The notes under the pieces: generated by a model
The model's input: the letters and a program-made list of their open reading frames with translations, nothing else
The model's database searches: none
Told to the model about the DNA's origin: nothing
Source of the DNA: Podarcis melisellensis
Lineage: Eukaryota
Assembly (NCBI GenBank): GCA_964234715.1
Contig: OZ174279.1
Direction: 5' to 3' (one strand)
Length of the DNA: 64,000 nucleotides
In this document: piece by piece, positions 1 through 48,200 of the stretch
How the letters are laid out: the number at the start of each line of letters is the position of its first letter
Position numbering within the stretch: the stretch's first letter is position 1
Program-made: the position numbers and the translations under genes

Positions 1-2039
1 TAAGAGGTGGCTGGAGATGGAGAAGGAGGGACAGCCGAGGCTGGCCATCTCCAACCTGGTGCTCTCCAGATGTTTTAGGCTACAGCTCCCATCATCCTTG
101 ACCATTGGCCATGCTGGCTGGGGCTGATGTGAATTGTAGCCCAAAACATCTGGAGGGCATCAGGCTAGAGGACTTGCCTGTTCTAGGCACTTGCATTTAT
201 ACAGCCATTCCCTCTTCTCCTGGCAAGCAGCTCATTTTTAACAAGGGCTTGAGAGCAGAAGAGCCCTTTGCCTTTTGTTGGAATTATTAACTAAGGTACA
301 TAGTGTTTAGTACTAAGGGGAGGGCTCTGCCAAATCACCTGTTGCTATTCACCGTGGGTAAGGCAAGTCCTTTGACCAAAGACCAGTTCATACATAATTT
401 GATTAGGCAGCATTTGAAGGGTTACAACTGAATGTGTGAACTGACTCCACTGAAGAGTATTTTATTTGAGGTGATGTATAAGTTTTCTTTGTGGTACTTG
501 ATCTCTAATGCCTTCTTCACACATTTATATTGTTTTATTTTTATATGATTTTATAAACTGCATTGGAGGCAATGATTGCCCTTCCAAGATAGTGTGCAGA
601 ATTTCATAAGGTGTAAATATATGATCATCCAGTCATACTCCCTTAAAGCTGAGCAGTAGCAATTAATTAATCACAGTGATTAATAGAAGGTGGACTTAAA
701 AATGATTGAAGATCCTGTCTTCTGAGAGAACAAGAAATAGGTACAGCTCACCACTTCTAGTTGCAGTCATCCAGTGAAGCATACACATCAAGTGAAGAAT
801 ATACAGCAGCCCTGTGTTTCAGCCTTTGTAGGTGATACATAATAACACCGGTCCCTGGAATTCAGGCCAATTGAGAAGCTTCTAGGGACCAGGTTGAGTC
901 CATCCAATTGCCTATCCCTACCTTATATACCTTAGTTATTACACCAGGACAGTGTAATATCCCAAGCTAGTATGCTGTGAGCTTCTTCCATGCATAACCC
1001 AGACATGCAGTATGGTTAACATCAAAAAATATGGGGGAGTGGGGAACTGCTGCTACATATGCTGTTTTTCAAGTGCAGAAATCACTGGTATGAATCCTCA
1101 GCGTCCATTGTATTTCTGCACCAGTTGGGTTCACCTTGATCTATAGGAATGAATGTATATCCTATCTCTATCTATAATTAGTACAAACATAGGCACATTG
1201 TTTCAAAGATTTCTAGGGTTATTCTGTATTGCAGCATGTCACAGCTCATGCTGTCATATTACTGCATATATTGATTTTACTGAATTCATACATAACCATC
1301 TACACCTTTGCAACTATAACAGAAGTGACTCTGTGTTTTAAATAGTTGTTCTATGCCCAGAAGACTGTTCCTGGACTGTGTAGGTGTGCCTTCTCTGCAT
1401 CCTGTTCATGTATAGACTGGGTGTTTGTTATTACTCTATAAAATATTTTAAATTAAATGTTTACATAACATATGTATTTCAAAGCATCGTACGGAGAAAT
1501 GCACAACCCCATGTCTCTGTCATACAAGGAAAGAGCAATTTAAGCATATCCTGCAAAATTTCACAGGGAGCCATCGGTCAATGAAATAAAATGCAATGCC
1601 TTATAAGCCAACTGCATTTCTCTGGAGGTGCAGTCACAGTTGTGCTGGGCTAAAATAAGGACAGAGCAGCTTGGCCAGAAGATTGTAACTTTGATGGCAA
1701 AGAGATGGATTAATTGATGCTTTCTGTTTCCACATTTTTCAGCATCATGCTTAATTTTAGCAGAGGCATTTGCTCTTCCTTGATGTAGTGAGACTTAGAC
1801 CATCTACTGTTTGACTTCCAGTGGTACCTTTCCTCATTCATTTGGATGATTCAAGGTGCATCCAGACAACCAACCATCCCCACTTTTTATATTTCTTTCC
1901 TCACAGTGTGGCTGGATAATGGTATTCAGAGAAGAAATTTACCACATGCAAAAATAAACGTGGAGTGATGCCAGTCCAAATGCAACCACACTTGGTGGCT
2001 GACTGTATTTGCCCTGTGCAGTTCCCTAGCACCTTCTTG

Positions 2040-2260
2040 TGGATTAGAGTGTTGTGCTAGGAATGGGGAGACCCAGGTTCAAATCCCCCCTCAGCCATGA
2101 AGTTCTCTGGGTGACTTTGGGCTATTCATTGTCTCTCAGCCGAATGCACCTTGCAGGGTTACTGTGAGGATTTAATGTGAGGGGGAGAACCTTGCATGCC
2201 CTCTTGAGATGCTTGGAGGAAAGGTGGGATAAAAGTGTACTCATAAGAAAATATAAATGT
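2040..2260 (+). mobile_element. Older Squam3/MIR-like SINE
   Basis: GGTTCAAATCCC B box, GGGTGACTTTGGGC core and AGGTGGGATA tail; similar to 50986-51190. Confidence 0.65.
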
Positions 2261-2419
2261 GAAAAGATAAGTGAGCAAAAGTGCAATCCTAGGCATTTCT
2301 ACTGAGAAGGGAATCCCACTGAGTCCAATGAGGAAGTGGATATAGGACTGCAGCTTAAGAGTTCCTGGCTATGGCTCTCAATCTGTTGGGGAGTCTGAGC
2401 TTCTCTTTCCTTACTATAA

Positions 2420-37891
<35,472 letters not shown>

Positions 37892-40800
37892 CCTAAAGGG
37901 CCGCCCATCTCATCAAACCAAGTGAAATAATGGGTGCTGTTTGAGGGTCCCCATTTTAAATTTGGATCTCTTCTGTCATTCATCCCGCCAGATGCCTGCG
38001 CCACAGAGCGATCCATCTCAAGTTACAGTTTCATTGGCCAAATTCATTTCTGTTGTAACTTTAGAAGCCTGGTACACCCTGGAATCCTTGTGCACATGTG
38101 ATCTTCCGCCCATCTCTTTATTGGGTAACCTAGGTGACATATGACCACTAACAAAGCAAGAGTCTTTTTTAAAAAATAAAAATGATTTAATTTTTAAAGC
38201 AACTGTTCAATTTAAGGAGAAAGGAATCTGTAAAAGTGTGAACCTTATAAAACATGTTACTCAAAGGAGATAAAAATGATAGGATTGTGTTCAGCTAATT
38301 CATAACTTATTGACATTTTACTTGATAGAGCAAGAAAGAGTAGGATGAGATTATATTTATAAAGTATTTATTTCTATTTACTTCACTGAAAAATGTACAT
38401 TCTGTTTATCATGTGATGTTGTTTTTTTCCACCTACGCACATACATTATACTGCATCTCAATTCTGCTAAAAGAAAAGATGTGGAAGTGAGTCAGTGTAG
38501 TGATGGGAGAGGGCCCTGTCAGCTTTTTTTGTGAGCCTATCTTGGTTTTCTTTCAAATACTGCACTTGCTGCCTAGCAGGTTTCTTCTTCTTTTCAGTCA
38601 CCTAGCCAATGTTTGTTTTGTTCAACTAAGGGCCGAACTACATGTTACATGCAGATATGTAGAACATTCCCCCAATCTTCTTTATATAATGAAAACTAGC
38701 TTCAGGAGACTGTGATTAGAAGTGAAGGAATAGCAGTGAGGCTTGTGGTGAAGCATGTACCAAATTTTCCCCATTGTATTTTTTCTTCTCTAAACAGCCT
38801 CTTCCAGATGCCCATTTTGAGCAGAAGGAATAGCTGGTAGGGAAGGGATTAAACGCCCTCTCCATTAGCATTATTTGTTCCCATGAGCAACCTCCCAAGG
38901 TCGCTTTTTATTTAAAGAAACAGTCAACACCCCCTCCCCAATCTGTCAGTGGGATGCTATGCGCATCTGCATGTAACGTTGAAATTGACCTTCAATCTTA
39001 ATAGGGACGTTTTGCTGGAGGTGAGTTCATGTTTTCCCAAGACAGGAATGATGGGAGGGGGGTTTGCTTCACCCTTTCCCCATCGGCCATTATTCATGGC
39101 ATCGGAGGAACAAGTTGGGCCACTTTATCACCATTCTTGTTGCAGGCAGTGTTCAGTAAGTTCCTGTGACACTCACACAACCACATCCTACACAGCAGTT
39201 GAAATAGTAACAGTTGCACTATCTGAGAGAAGAATTGCATTTTCCAAGGTACTTAATAAAAACTCTCACAGTATTTAGGGAACACTTGGGAGAAATACAA
39301 TATCTGCTCAGCAGAAGTGCATCTTCAAGGGACAACCCCTGGGCTTCCCAGAATAAGTGAAAAACTACTGTATGTTTATTACACTCAAAACTGATTGTCT
39401 GGAAATACCCATTGTCATTTTCTTTTAAGAGAAAAGTAGGTTTGAAATAGATTATTTTATGTAGCAAGACTGATAGGACCCTTGTATAAGATTGGAACAG
39501 TGTGTTATAAATGAGACCTCTTTTCACTCTTGTATCTAGTGATATGTTAAAAGTCTCCTTCAAAAATACACCTGCATCTTAAGCAATTATTTCTGTTAAA
39601 ACAAATAGTCAATTTTATTCAAATTTGGGTAAGACAAAGTAAAACAAATAATAGTTTTTTGGCACCAATCAATTAAGCATGACTCATATCTGATTTTAAG
39701 AATCTCCTGTTAACTCTTTATATATAGGATCCTATTTTACAGCCCACTCAAATCAATATGTGGTAGTTAATCCCCATGATTTACATTCCCTTTATGCATA
39801 AACAGCAAAATTAAATACCTTTGGTGGCAACTTTGATTCATTTTAACTTCCCAGCCTAAGTCTAAATATTATATAATTAAAATCCATAACTGATTCTCAG
39901 TTTCTAATCAGTGGTGATTATTACTCTCTTATCAGTGTCTGATCTAGTAGAAGCCTTTCAACAACAAAATTTGCAGTCAGACAGCAAGCAACTAATGAAT
40001 TTCTCTGAAATGTCCTGAGTGATTGTCATGCCATAAGTTCAAAGCTACCTTGGGCTACGTTGAAGAAATCATCTGAACTTGTTTTTAAAAAGAACAGGAC
40101 AAGTACAGCCCTGAACATGTTTCTTGGAAGTAAGTCTTTCAGTGTTCAGTGGGGCTTACTCCCAAGTAATTATGCACAGGATTGAAGGCTGTCCTAGAAC
40201 AAGGAAGTCATATATAGGATCACAACACTTATCTTTCATACAAAAACACAACTTTAAAAATATTTTACTTCATTTATGTCCATATCAAATTGTCAAGAGA
40301 TTTAATTATGTTAGTGGCAATGGATGAAGAAGTTGTGTCAGTACCTTCCTTGTCCATACAATCAAGAGATGCAAAAATGTATATGTGACCTTGCCTTGTG
40401 AATGAAGAAGTAGAGCTTGGAAGAGCTGCATTTTATGGGGAGTGATAGATTGATAAGAGGCATGGCTTAGGTCAGCCAACCTGAAGACCATGTTCCTGAC
40501 AGTGTGACTATTGGGCTACAGTCTGGTCTTGCTCAAGCGTTCCATGTTTCTGGGGCCAGCAAACCTGCAGACAACATGACTGACTTGAGTTAGGGATCAA
40601 AGGCTTGACCCAAAGCCCCTAAAAATGAAAGGCAATGTTTGAATCAGGGCTTAAATGCAATGACAAAAAAAGAATTGTGAACTCAACAAATTGACAGTAG
40701 CTTAATGAAGATGATCCAGTCTCCAACTAGCATGGATATTATTTGTTTAGTATTTTGGTTGGAATATTGAACAGAGATCTAATGGTCCATCATAGTGTTA

Positions 40801-41980
40801 TTTAGATAACCTAGCATATCATTACGTTTGGTATATTTTCTGCTGGTTATGGCTTTATCCATTGCCAAAATGTCAAGCCACATTGATATAGTTATCAACC
40901 ACTCTTCAGACAATCTGAGAAGAGTCTCCGCTGATTTGCTGTCATTTTACTTAATTTGAGATGTGAAGATTTTTGAATGATCCTTTTATTAATTGTTTAA
41001 TTTCAAGTATCATCTAGACCTTTGTTAGGGGGCAAAAAACAGCATTTCTGAATAAAGCATATTTTGGAAAGTCCTGCAGGAAAAGGAACCTATTAAATGA
41101 AGCATAAAATACTGACAGGATGGACTTCCATCTCTGCTCTGTTTCACACAACCATATCATAATTATCTCAAGGTGGAGGCTGGTGAGAGATAATAATGTT
41201 ATGCAAGAAAAATAATTTCAGATTATGTCATACTTATCCCATTCCATAGATTATATATTGGTTAGAGACTGGCCTTCAGTAACTGTAAAAGCCAGTGTTA
41301 TTTTGTTCACATAAAACTCTTTCCCATTTCAATAAATTATTGGGGAATGAGCTCACCTAAAATATCAAATGCTCTCTGAACTGCTCTTCAGTAGGGGGAT
41401 AGCAGAGCCCAGTATAAGTAGTCTTATAAATTATCAAGGAGCAACAGGAAAGCAGAGAAACAAGTAAAAGCAGCACAATTAGCTAATAACTGTGGGACTA
41501 AGAGGCGATTGCTTATCCATATGGTAACATGCAAAAGTGACAACACAAGATGTATAACTCTCTAATATGCTCTTACTGTTTCTTTCTGTTGTGTGTTCAA
41601 TGAACTGTAGGGAGGATCACTATCATTCATGAGCTGTGACTCAATATCAAGAACTTACTGTATAAAAATGAAGGTTGTGGTTACTTTTTATTTTTTATTA
41701 ATCTTATTTTGCCTGTGCTTCCATTATCTAGTTTGTCCAAATGAGTTCTTCCTGTGACATCATCTCCAAATGCTGGGAGACCATTTCTCTTGCTTTGTAT
41801 ATATGTGATTGCTGTGGGCACACCCTGTACCACTGTATAAATAACAATACTGAAGTAATCGAGTCTAGTTTTCTTGATGTCTTAAAGCTATTGAGTGTTG
41901 GAAATTAGGGTCTTCAACTGTTTGTGTACACTTAAGGCATTGTTCAGTTAAAGAAATAAATGTGGCATTTATGCAAATAG
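37892..41980 (+). other. KIF1A: Probable long KIF1A 3'UTR (about 4.1 kb)
   Basis: AT-rich and nearly repeat-free from the stop codon to AATAAA at 41955, which is followed by a GT/T-rich tract. The end is inferred; more proximal AATAAA hexamers also exist. Confidence 0.6.
41955..41960 (+). terminator. Candidate distal KIF1A polyadenylation signal
   Basis: AATAAA with upstream TGTA elements and downstream ctgttcttgacctctggcttgttctctt / tgttgtattgttt. Confidence 0.6.
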
Positions 41981-42588
41981 TGGACACTCTGTTCTTGACC
42001 TCTGGCTTGTTCTCTTAACCAAATGTTGTATTGTTTCATCAAAACAAAGCATTCTTTTTTGGGGGGAATTTCAATTCAGAAGTAAACAAATATGGAAAGT
42101 ACTATTTTCCCAGTTGTACGAGAGAGCTTTCCTTTAAATATTCTGTGTCTATAACGTTGATGGCCAGTTGGTGTCCATGCCCTGCAGTCCACATGCCAGG
42201 TGAGAAAGGTGCTCTTATGCACAGAAGACAATTTTATCTTACCCTAAGCAGCCCTACCAAATTTTATCAAAGGTACACACTTTTTTTAACCTTCAAATTG
42301 TTTTCAGAAGTTATGAGAGTCATATTCTACACATTGGTGTTATTTTAAAGATGTCCAACGATCTCCAACATGGCTTACAACTTATTAACACAACATATGA
42401 CTCGCCATTACCAAAGCAGTTAAGACAATAATTTACTTTATTTAGAACACTTCCATTGTGTCGTTCACCCATGGTCAGCAAATGCACAAGCAGCACAATT
42501 ATATATTATATAGACCATCTTAAAGGGGGGGGGAGAGAAAGAATGATATTATATTGTTAAAATTGGGGCAAAATAACTTTAAAACTAA

Positions 42589-42931
42589 GGGATGCGGGTG
42601 GCGCTGTGGGTTAAACCACAGAGCCTAGGGCTTGCCGATCAGGTCGGCGGTTTGAATCCCTACGACGGGGTGAGCTCCTGTTGCTCAGTCCCTGCTCCTG
42701 CCCACCTAGCAGTTCAAAAGCACGTCAAACTGCAAGTAGATAAATAGGTACTGCTCCGGCGGGAAGGTAAACGGTGTTTCCATGCGCTGCTCTGGTTTGC
42801 CAGAAGTGGCTTAGTCATGATGGCGACATGACCCGGAAGCTGTACGCCGGCTCCCTCGGCCAGTAAAGCGAGATAAGCACCACAACCCCAGAGTCGGCTA
42901 CGACTGGACCTAATGGTCCCTTTACCTTTAC
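42589..42931 (+). mobile_element. Sauria SINE with 13-bp TSD
   Basis: Head GGGATGCGGGTGGCGCTG, tail CCCTTTACCTTTAC; TAACTTTAAAACT repeated at 42574-42586 and 42932-42944. Confidence 0.92.
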
Positions 42932-43890
42932 TAACTTTAAAACTGGCACTTAACATTAATGTGGACTCTCCTAGTTCCTGGCTATGTACTATGTGACCCA
43001 ATGTGGGTCAGAGCAAGCCTGGAAGATGTAAGGGAGATGAAAGAAAGGAAAGACCGCTAACTAGGGCAAAAGGAGAAGAGAAAGCATGGGGGTTATCAGA
43101 GCAGTTGTGGCCTGATGAATACTTACCTCTTTCAACATGCTTTTTAAGTTGAGATCTTTCAGGGTCTGCATCTGTGTTGGAATTGTTTTAAATATGTTAC
43201 TGTTTTGTTGCTTGTTGTTTGCCACCCTGGGCTCCTTTGGAAGGAAGGGCAGGAAATAAATTTAATAATAAATAAATAAAAGCACATGCTCTACCACTGA
43301 GCCTATGGACCACTTTGTCAATATTAAATACCCCTCCAACCCAACATCACAGGACACCATTCCTTGCAGCCTATGGCACCTCTGGATAAGCTGAAAGACA
43401 TAACGAGCAAATATTTTTTCTAACCATAATTCACTTAAAGTAGGGTAGGTGGAGAGTTGCAAAAGAGGACAGGGCTTTGTTAGGGTACACCAAAGATCTG
43501 TCTTATTCAGCATTCTTTTCTGACAGTGGCCAACTAGGTGATACAAGAGCTACTTCAATTCCCTCTTCTACACAACTACTAAAGGTGCAGTAGCAATGTC
43601 TTATTTTGCCTCTACCTGTCCGGCTAGAGCAAGGATGGGCAAAAGGTAGATCGGAATCAACTGACCGATCTCTGTGGGAGAGAATTCCAGTTCATCAGCA
43701 AAGATATTGAGTCTCGATCGGTCAGAACCAAAATGGGCTTCCCCCCTTCTCAATTAGGTTGCTGAGATTCCCGTTTACTCTGCATCCTGTGCTCCTCCAC
43801 CATTAGGGGTCTTGTCTACACTGCTCCTTGCCTTGTCCTATGCCTAGAAGCAAGCTTTCCCATTTGTCTCGTGCTTTTTAGGCACTGATC

Positions 43891-43980
43891 CATAGCTGTC
43901 AACGTTTCCCTTTTTTAAAGGGAAATTCCCTTATTCCGAATAGGATTCCTCGCAAGAAAAGGGGAAAGTTGACAGCTATG
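43891..43980 (+). mobile_element. 90-bp hAT-type MITE with perfect TIRs and 8-bp TSD
   Basis: TIR CATAGCTGTCAAC / GTTGACAGCTATG; CACTGATC duplicated at 43883-43890 and 43981-43988. Confidence 0.92.
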
Positions 43981-44149
43981 CACTGATCCCAGCGGCTATG
44001 CCTTTGCCGCCACCCCCACCCCCCAAAAAACCCACAACACTGGCTTTTTATCCTTAAATCAGGTCTCATATCATCCACACTTCCTCCTGCCTTGCTCAGA
44101 CATCATCTAGCGGCAGCTTCATATTGTTACAAAGAAGTAACCAAGCCAT

Positions 44150-45250
44150 CCCAGCGGCGGGGGGAGGAGCTGTTTCAAAGCACACCTGTGGAGCATCATT
44201 AATTTGACCTACACGGCCGTGTCTCTCTTAGAAAGCCAGCATGAGGGGCAAGATTCCCCGCCCCGCAGAACCTCGTCCTCTTGGTGCCCCGTCAATATTT
44301 TTCCGCCTCCCGCTATTGCAAAAAGCATCTCACTGCCGAGAGGCAAAGGAGCAGAACGCGGCGCGTCATCAGAGCGTTCGAAAGAAAAACTGGCGGGCCC
44401 GCCCCTAAGGATGATTGGCAGGCGCCAACTCCTCCTTGATCCCTGAGCCATAGGAATAACGGAGCCTGACTTACAACCTTCTAGTCCCGCCCTCCAGAGC
44501 GGCTGGCCTATGAAAAGGCCCGCGTTTCTTTGGGTTGTTTTTTGGCGAGGGTGCTTTAGCCACGCCCCTCTAAAGGAGCGATTAGCCGAGGGAGGCGAGC
44601 AGCCAATGAGAGCTCCGCCTCACGGCGGTGATTGGCATCCAGGTGGGCCTTTGCGAGAGGAGGAGGAGGAAGAGGAGGTCGCCGCGGCTCGGGCCGGCCG
44701 CCGCCGAGTGCGAGGCTGGATGGATCTGTTCGGGGACCTTCCCGAGGCGGCCCCTTCGGCAGCTGTGGAGGCGGCGGCAGGTAAGCGCCCCGGGCGCCCT
44801 TCGGGGCCTGGACTCCGCCGTCCGCTTGGGGGGAAAGGAGCCTTCGGCTGTCGGCCTCAGGAGCCGGGCTGGAGCTTAGCCGCCCGCCCTCCTTCCCTTC
44901 CCGGAGCCTTGAATTCGCCTCATTTCTTGGCGGGGAAGGGAAGGCGCCGCCTGCACTCGGGGCCACCTGCGCAGCCATGGTCCCTTCCAAGAGCGGCCAA
45001 GGCCCCAGGTGGGTGCAGGCACGGGCTGTGTTGTTTTTTTTATGCCCAGGATTAGCCCCGCTTTGCTAAACACGGTGCAGCACGCATGCGCGTGTGAACT
45101 CGTACACGGATGCACGCGTCGCGTATTGACACCGGGATGCGCGCACGCGCGTCCATTTCTTGGGTGAAAGCCCTAGCGCGCGCACTCACACACACACGCA
45201 TGGGTAACGGCTTCCGAGGTACTGTAATTGCTGCTGCTGCTTCCGTGACT
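44150..45250 (+). promoter_or_regulatory. ILKAP: CpG island / ILKAP promoter
   Basis: Sharp rise in CpG and GC around exon 1; GC boxes (cccgccc near 44398 and 44486); CCAAT boxes (attgg near 44414 and 44630, ccaat at 44603); NRF1-like cgcatgcgcg in intron 1. Confidence 0.85.
44720..44780 (+). CDS. ILKAP: ILKAP coding exon 1
   Basis: ATG GAT CTG TTC...GCAG|gtaagc; [20 protein letters not shown]. Confidence 0.93.
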
Positions 45251-48200
45251 TTCCAGTACTGTATTGTTTTGACTGTTAGCTGCTAGGAAGGGAGGAGGAG
45301 CAACTGATTCTGCCCCCAAGAGATTTACACTTTGAATGATTATTTTTTTTAAAAAGGAAGAAAGAAAGAAGAAGTCAATCAGTCCCTTGTGGTCACATGT
45401 TCTCTAATTGATGTCTGTTATTGCTTTTTTTTTCAGGGAAAGAAGGGCAGAAAGGAATTTTGCTTTTTGATGAACTTCCATCAGTCAGCAGCACTGACTT
45501 TGGTATGATTCTTGTATACATCATGTATTTCACTGACTAGCATGGTCATCTCATTTTTCTCCTATTGTATTGTTCGTTAGGCCCTTATGTAGTGATGTGC
45601 CCTCCTTATGCCTCAGGGGAAGACTGGCAGGCACTCTTAATCCTCTTCGTATATGTAACTTGCTTTGAGAAATGAGAAAAGCAGGACACCATTGTTCTTG
45701 ACTAATGTTTTTCTTTATGGCAGTTCTTCAAGCCATATGTACTCTTTGTCCCAGCCCCAACTTACTACATGTACTTCAAAACTCCATCACAAAGTGGGCA
45801 AGAAGTTTTGCTTATTATTTATTAATGTGCATTTATTACTTGCTATGTAAAATGTCTCCAAGTGACTTTGTTTTAAAAAAAACACATACAAATACATAAG
45901 CTAAAACATAAAAAAGAATAAAACAGCTATTTACTCAAAAGTGCTCATCCTGCAATATTATAGAAAAAAAACAAATCCTACCCCGGCACACTAAAAGCTT
46001 GAACACCACAACACACCAGGGCAGGGCCTTTGATCATCCAGATGTTGCTGAACTACAACTTCTGTGAGCTGTGATGGTGGGCATTTTAGTTCAGTAATGC
46101 CTGGAGGCCTGGAAATTTCCCAAAATGTATCATCATATATGGTCCCAACTAAGAACCAAATGCCTGAGTAAACGGGAACATTTTTGACTGGCACTTAAAA
46201 GTGAATAATGATGGATATAGTTGCTGCTTCTGGCTGGGGGAGTTCTCTGACTCAAGGTGCCTGTAGGATGGGGAAGATGCTGTGCTGATGTTCCAACTGT
46301 GATTTACCCCTTGGCTGAACCCTGTCTCTTTGTTTAGCATGGGCGCCATTCCTGCATCACAGGGCCTTGGCCATCCAAGCCTGCATTTGTAATGTGTAGC
46401 TACATGCCTAAGTTTACTTTTGTTCTTCAGCTTCCTACACAAGCAGCATTTCTACATCGCGCTCAGGTTTACTGGTAGAGTGATTACAGAGACATTGCTG
46501 ATAATTCAAAGGCTGGTTGCTGTAGAATAGACATTTTAGCTTGGCAGTGCTATTTTATAGATTGTGTGTTCTTTATGAAACTATCTGAGAAATCTGTTTG
46601 CTCCGGGATGTGGATTCTGGAACCATGTTTCCTTGTGTTTTAGGAACTGGAGGCTCTTTGCTTTTTGACGACCTCCCACCTGCCAGCAGCGGAAACTCAG
46701 GTGAGCAGTAGTCTCAAGATTTCTGTTTTGCTGTTGATTGCACTGCTGTAATAGGATCACACCTGAGAATGAAACATGCTTGAGTGCTTCAGAAGTTGGT
46801 TAACTGAAGGGCTTCATCAAATGGTCACAGGTGAACATTTTCAGTCTCAAAAGTAGTGGTTTGAAGGAGGAGGATTGTTCCCTCCACACCACACCCTCTT
46901 TGTCTCTTCAGCTCTTGTGTGTTGGCTGTTCACTTCCCAGCTGGCAACTGTTTTGGTACCATCTTTTATTGCTTTTGATACTAGAGCTTCCTCTAGCTAG
47001 GATTATATAAAGGAGAAATCAAGGGTGGTGTAGCCAGTGTTACAGCATAATTACAGCATAATTTGGCCCATCTCATCTGGCTGCATAATCCCAGCCAGTC
47101 AGGGATTGTGTACTCTGTCACAGTATCACTTGAGTAAATGACTCGGATAAATAAAATAACTGACCAACATTTTGTTCCTCAGCTTCACATCCTCCAGAGC
47201 AAGTTTCTCTTCCCGTGAGCCATGGGAAGGGAGAGAAGAGGAAATCCACGGAGGGAGAGAAGAATGGGAGTGAAGAACTTGTGGAAAAGAAAGTTTGTAA
47301 AGGTTTTCAGACACTCTGAAGCCACATATTTTTCTATTCTACTGCTGCCTTAAATTACGGCAAAAGTGAGATTGTTTCCTGTTGTGATCATTCTTAGGAA
47401 TGAGCAGGGGGAGGAGTATAAGATGCTCGTGAACAACTGTCTCACCTCTGCAGAGTTTCCTGCTTTTAAGGGTATTCTTGTTTCCTTGCAGACACTATTG
47501 TGTCTGTATTATATCGGTAAGCCATGTTTCCTCCAAGGAGAGAAGGACAATGTATGTGTCTGTTACCCCCTCTTCTCCTCAGAACAACTTTGTGAGAGAG
47601 GCTGGTAGTGGTAGCTTTTTCATGACAATTCTGGGTTGCTTTTCAAGGAGCTCAGTCCTCAATGTGGCTCACAGTAACAAGGTGCTGTGCACAATTCAAA
47701 ACAAGAATTGCCTAATAAGATGAACGAGGATCTGAAGACAGGCCTGTGTCCATGTCTCTTTATCCACTGCCATGAGAGCTTTTTTTCATGGTGCTCTTTG
47801 CAACATGGCCTAACTGCTGCCATGCCATACAGCCTCCATCTGTTTCCTCGTCTGCCTCGGGTAGGAGGCTTCTTATCCAAGCTAACCTAGAGTGTAGAAG
47901 CAAAAACATCTTTTAATCTCCCAACTGAATTGTGATGTGGCAACAGTGGCATGACGTGAGTCACATCTGCTTCTGTTCACATCAACTGCATTTGTAGAAA
48001 TCCCAGAGGTGTACCATGTTGACGTATTCTCTGGTGCACCTGATCAAGCTGTAGCTGTGCAGTCTAGCGCTGTGGTGGCTAACACAGTAATGCCACAAGG
48101 TTTAAAAATTAAGAATATTCAGTGGGTTCTAAACCCAGTTGAACAGCTTTTTCCTCTTAGAATGTATTCTGCCAGCAGATTCTTTATGAATGTGAATACA

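Noticed and set aside
2282-2355. Short hairpin-like sequence resembling a pre-miRNA (also near 40105-40190)
   Set aside because: Recurs as decayed copies of a small dispersed palindromic repeat; pairing is too imperfect to call an RNA gene.
44556-44990. 144-aa minus-strand ORF over ILKAP exon 1
   Set aside because: Pro/Gly/Arg-rich by-product of CpG-island composition.
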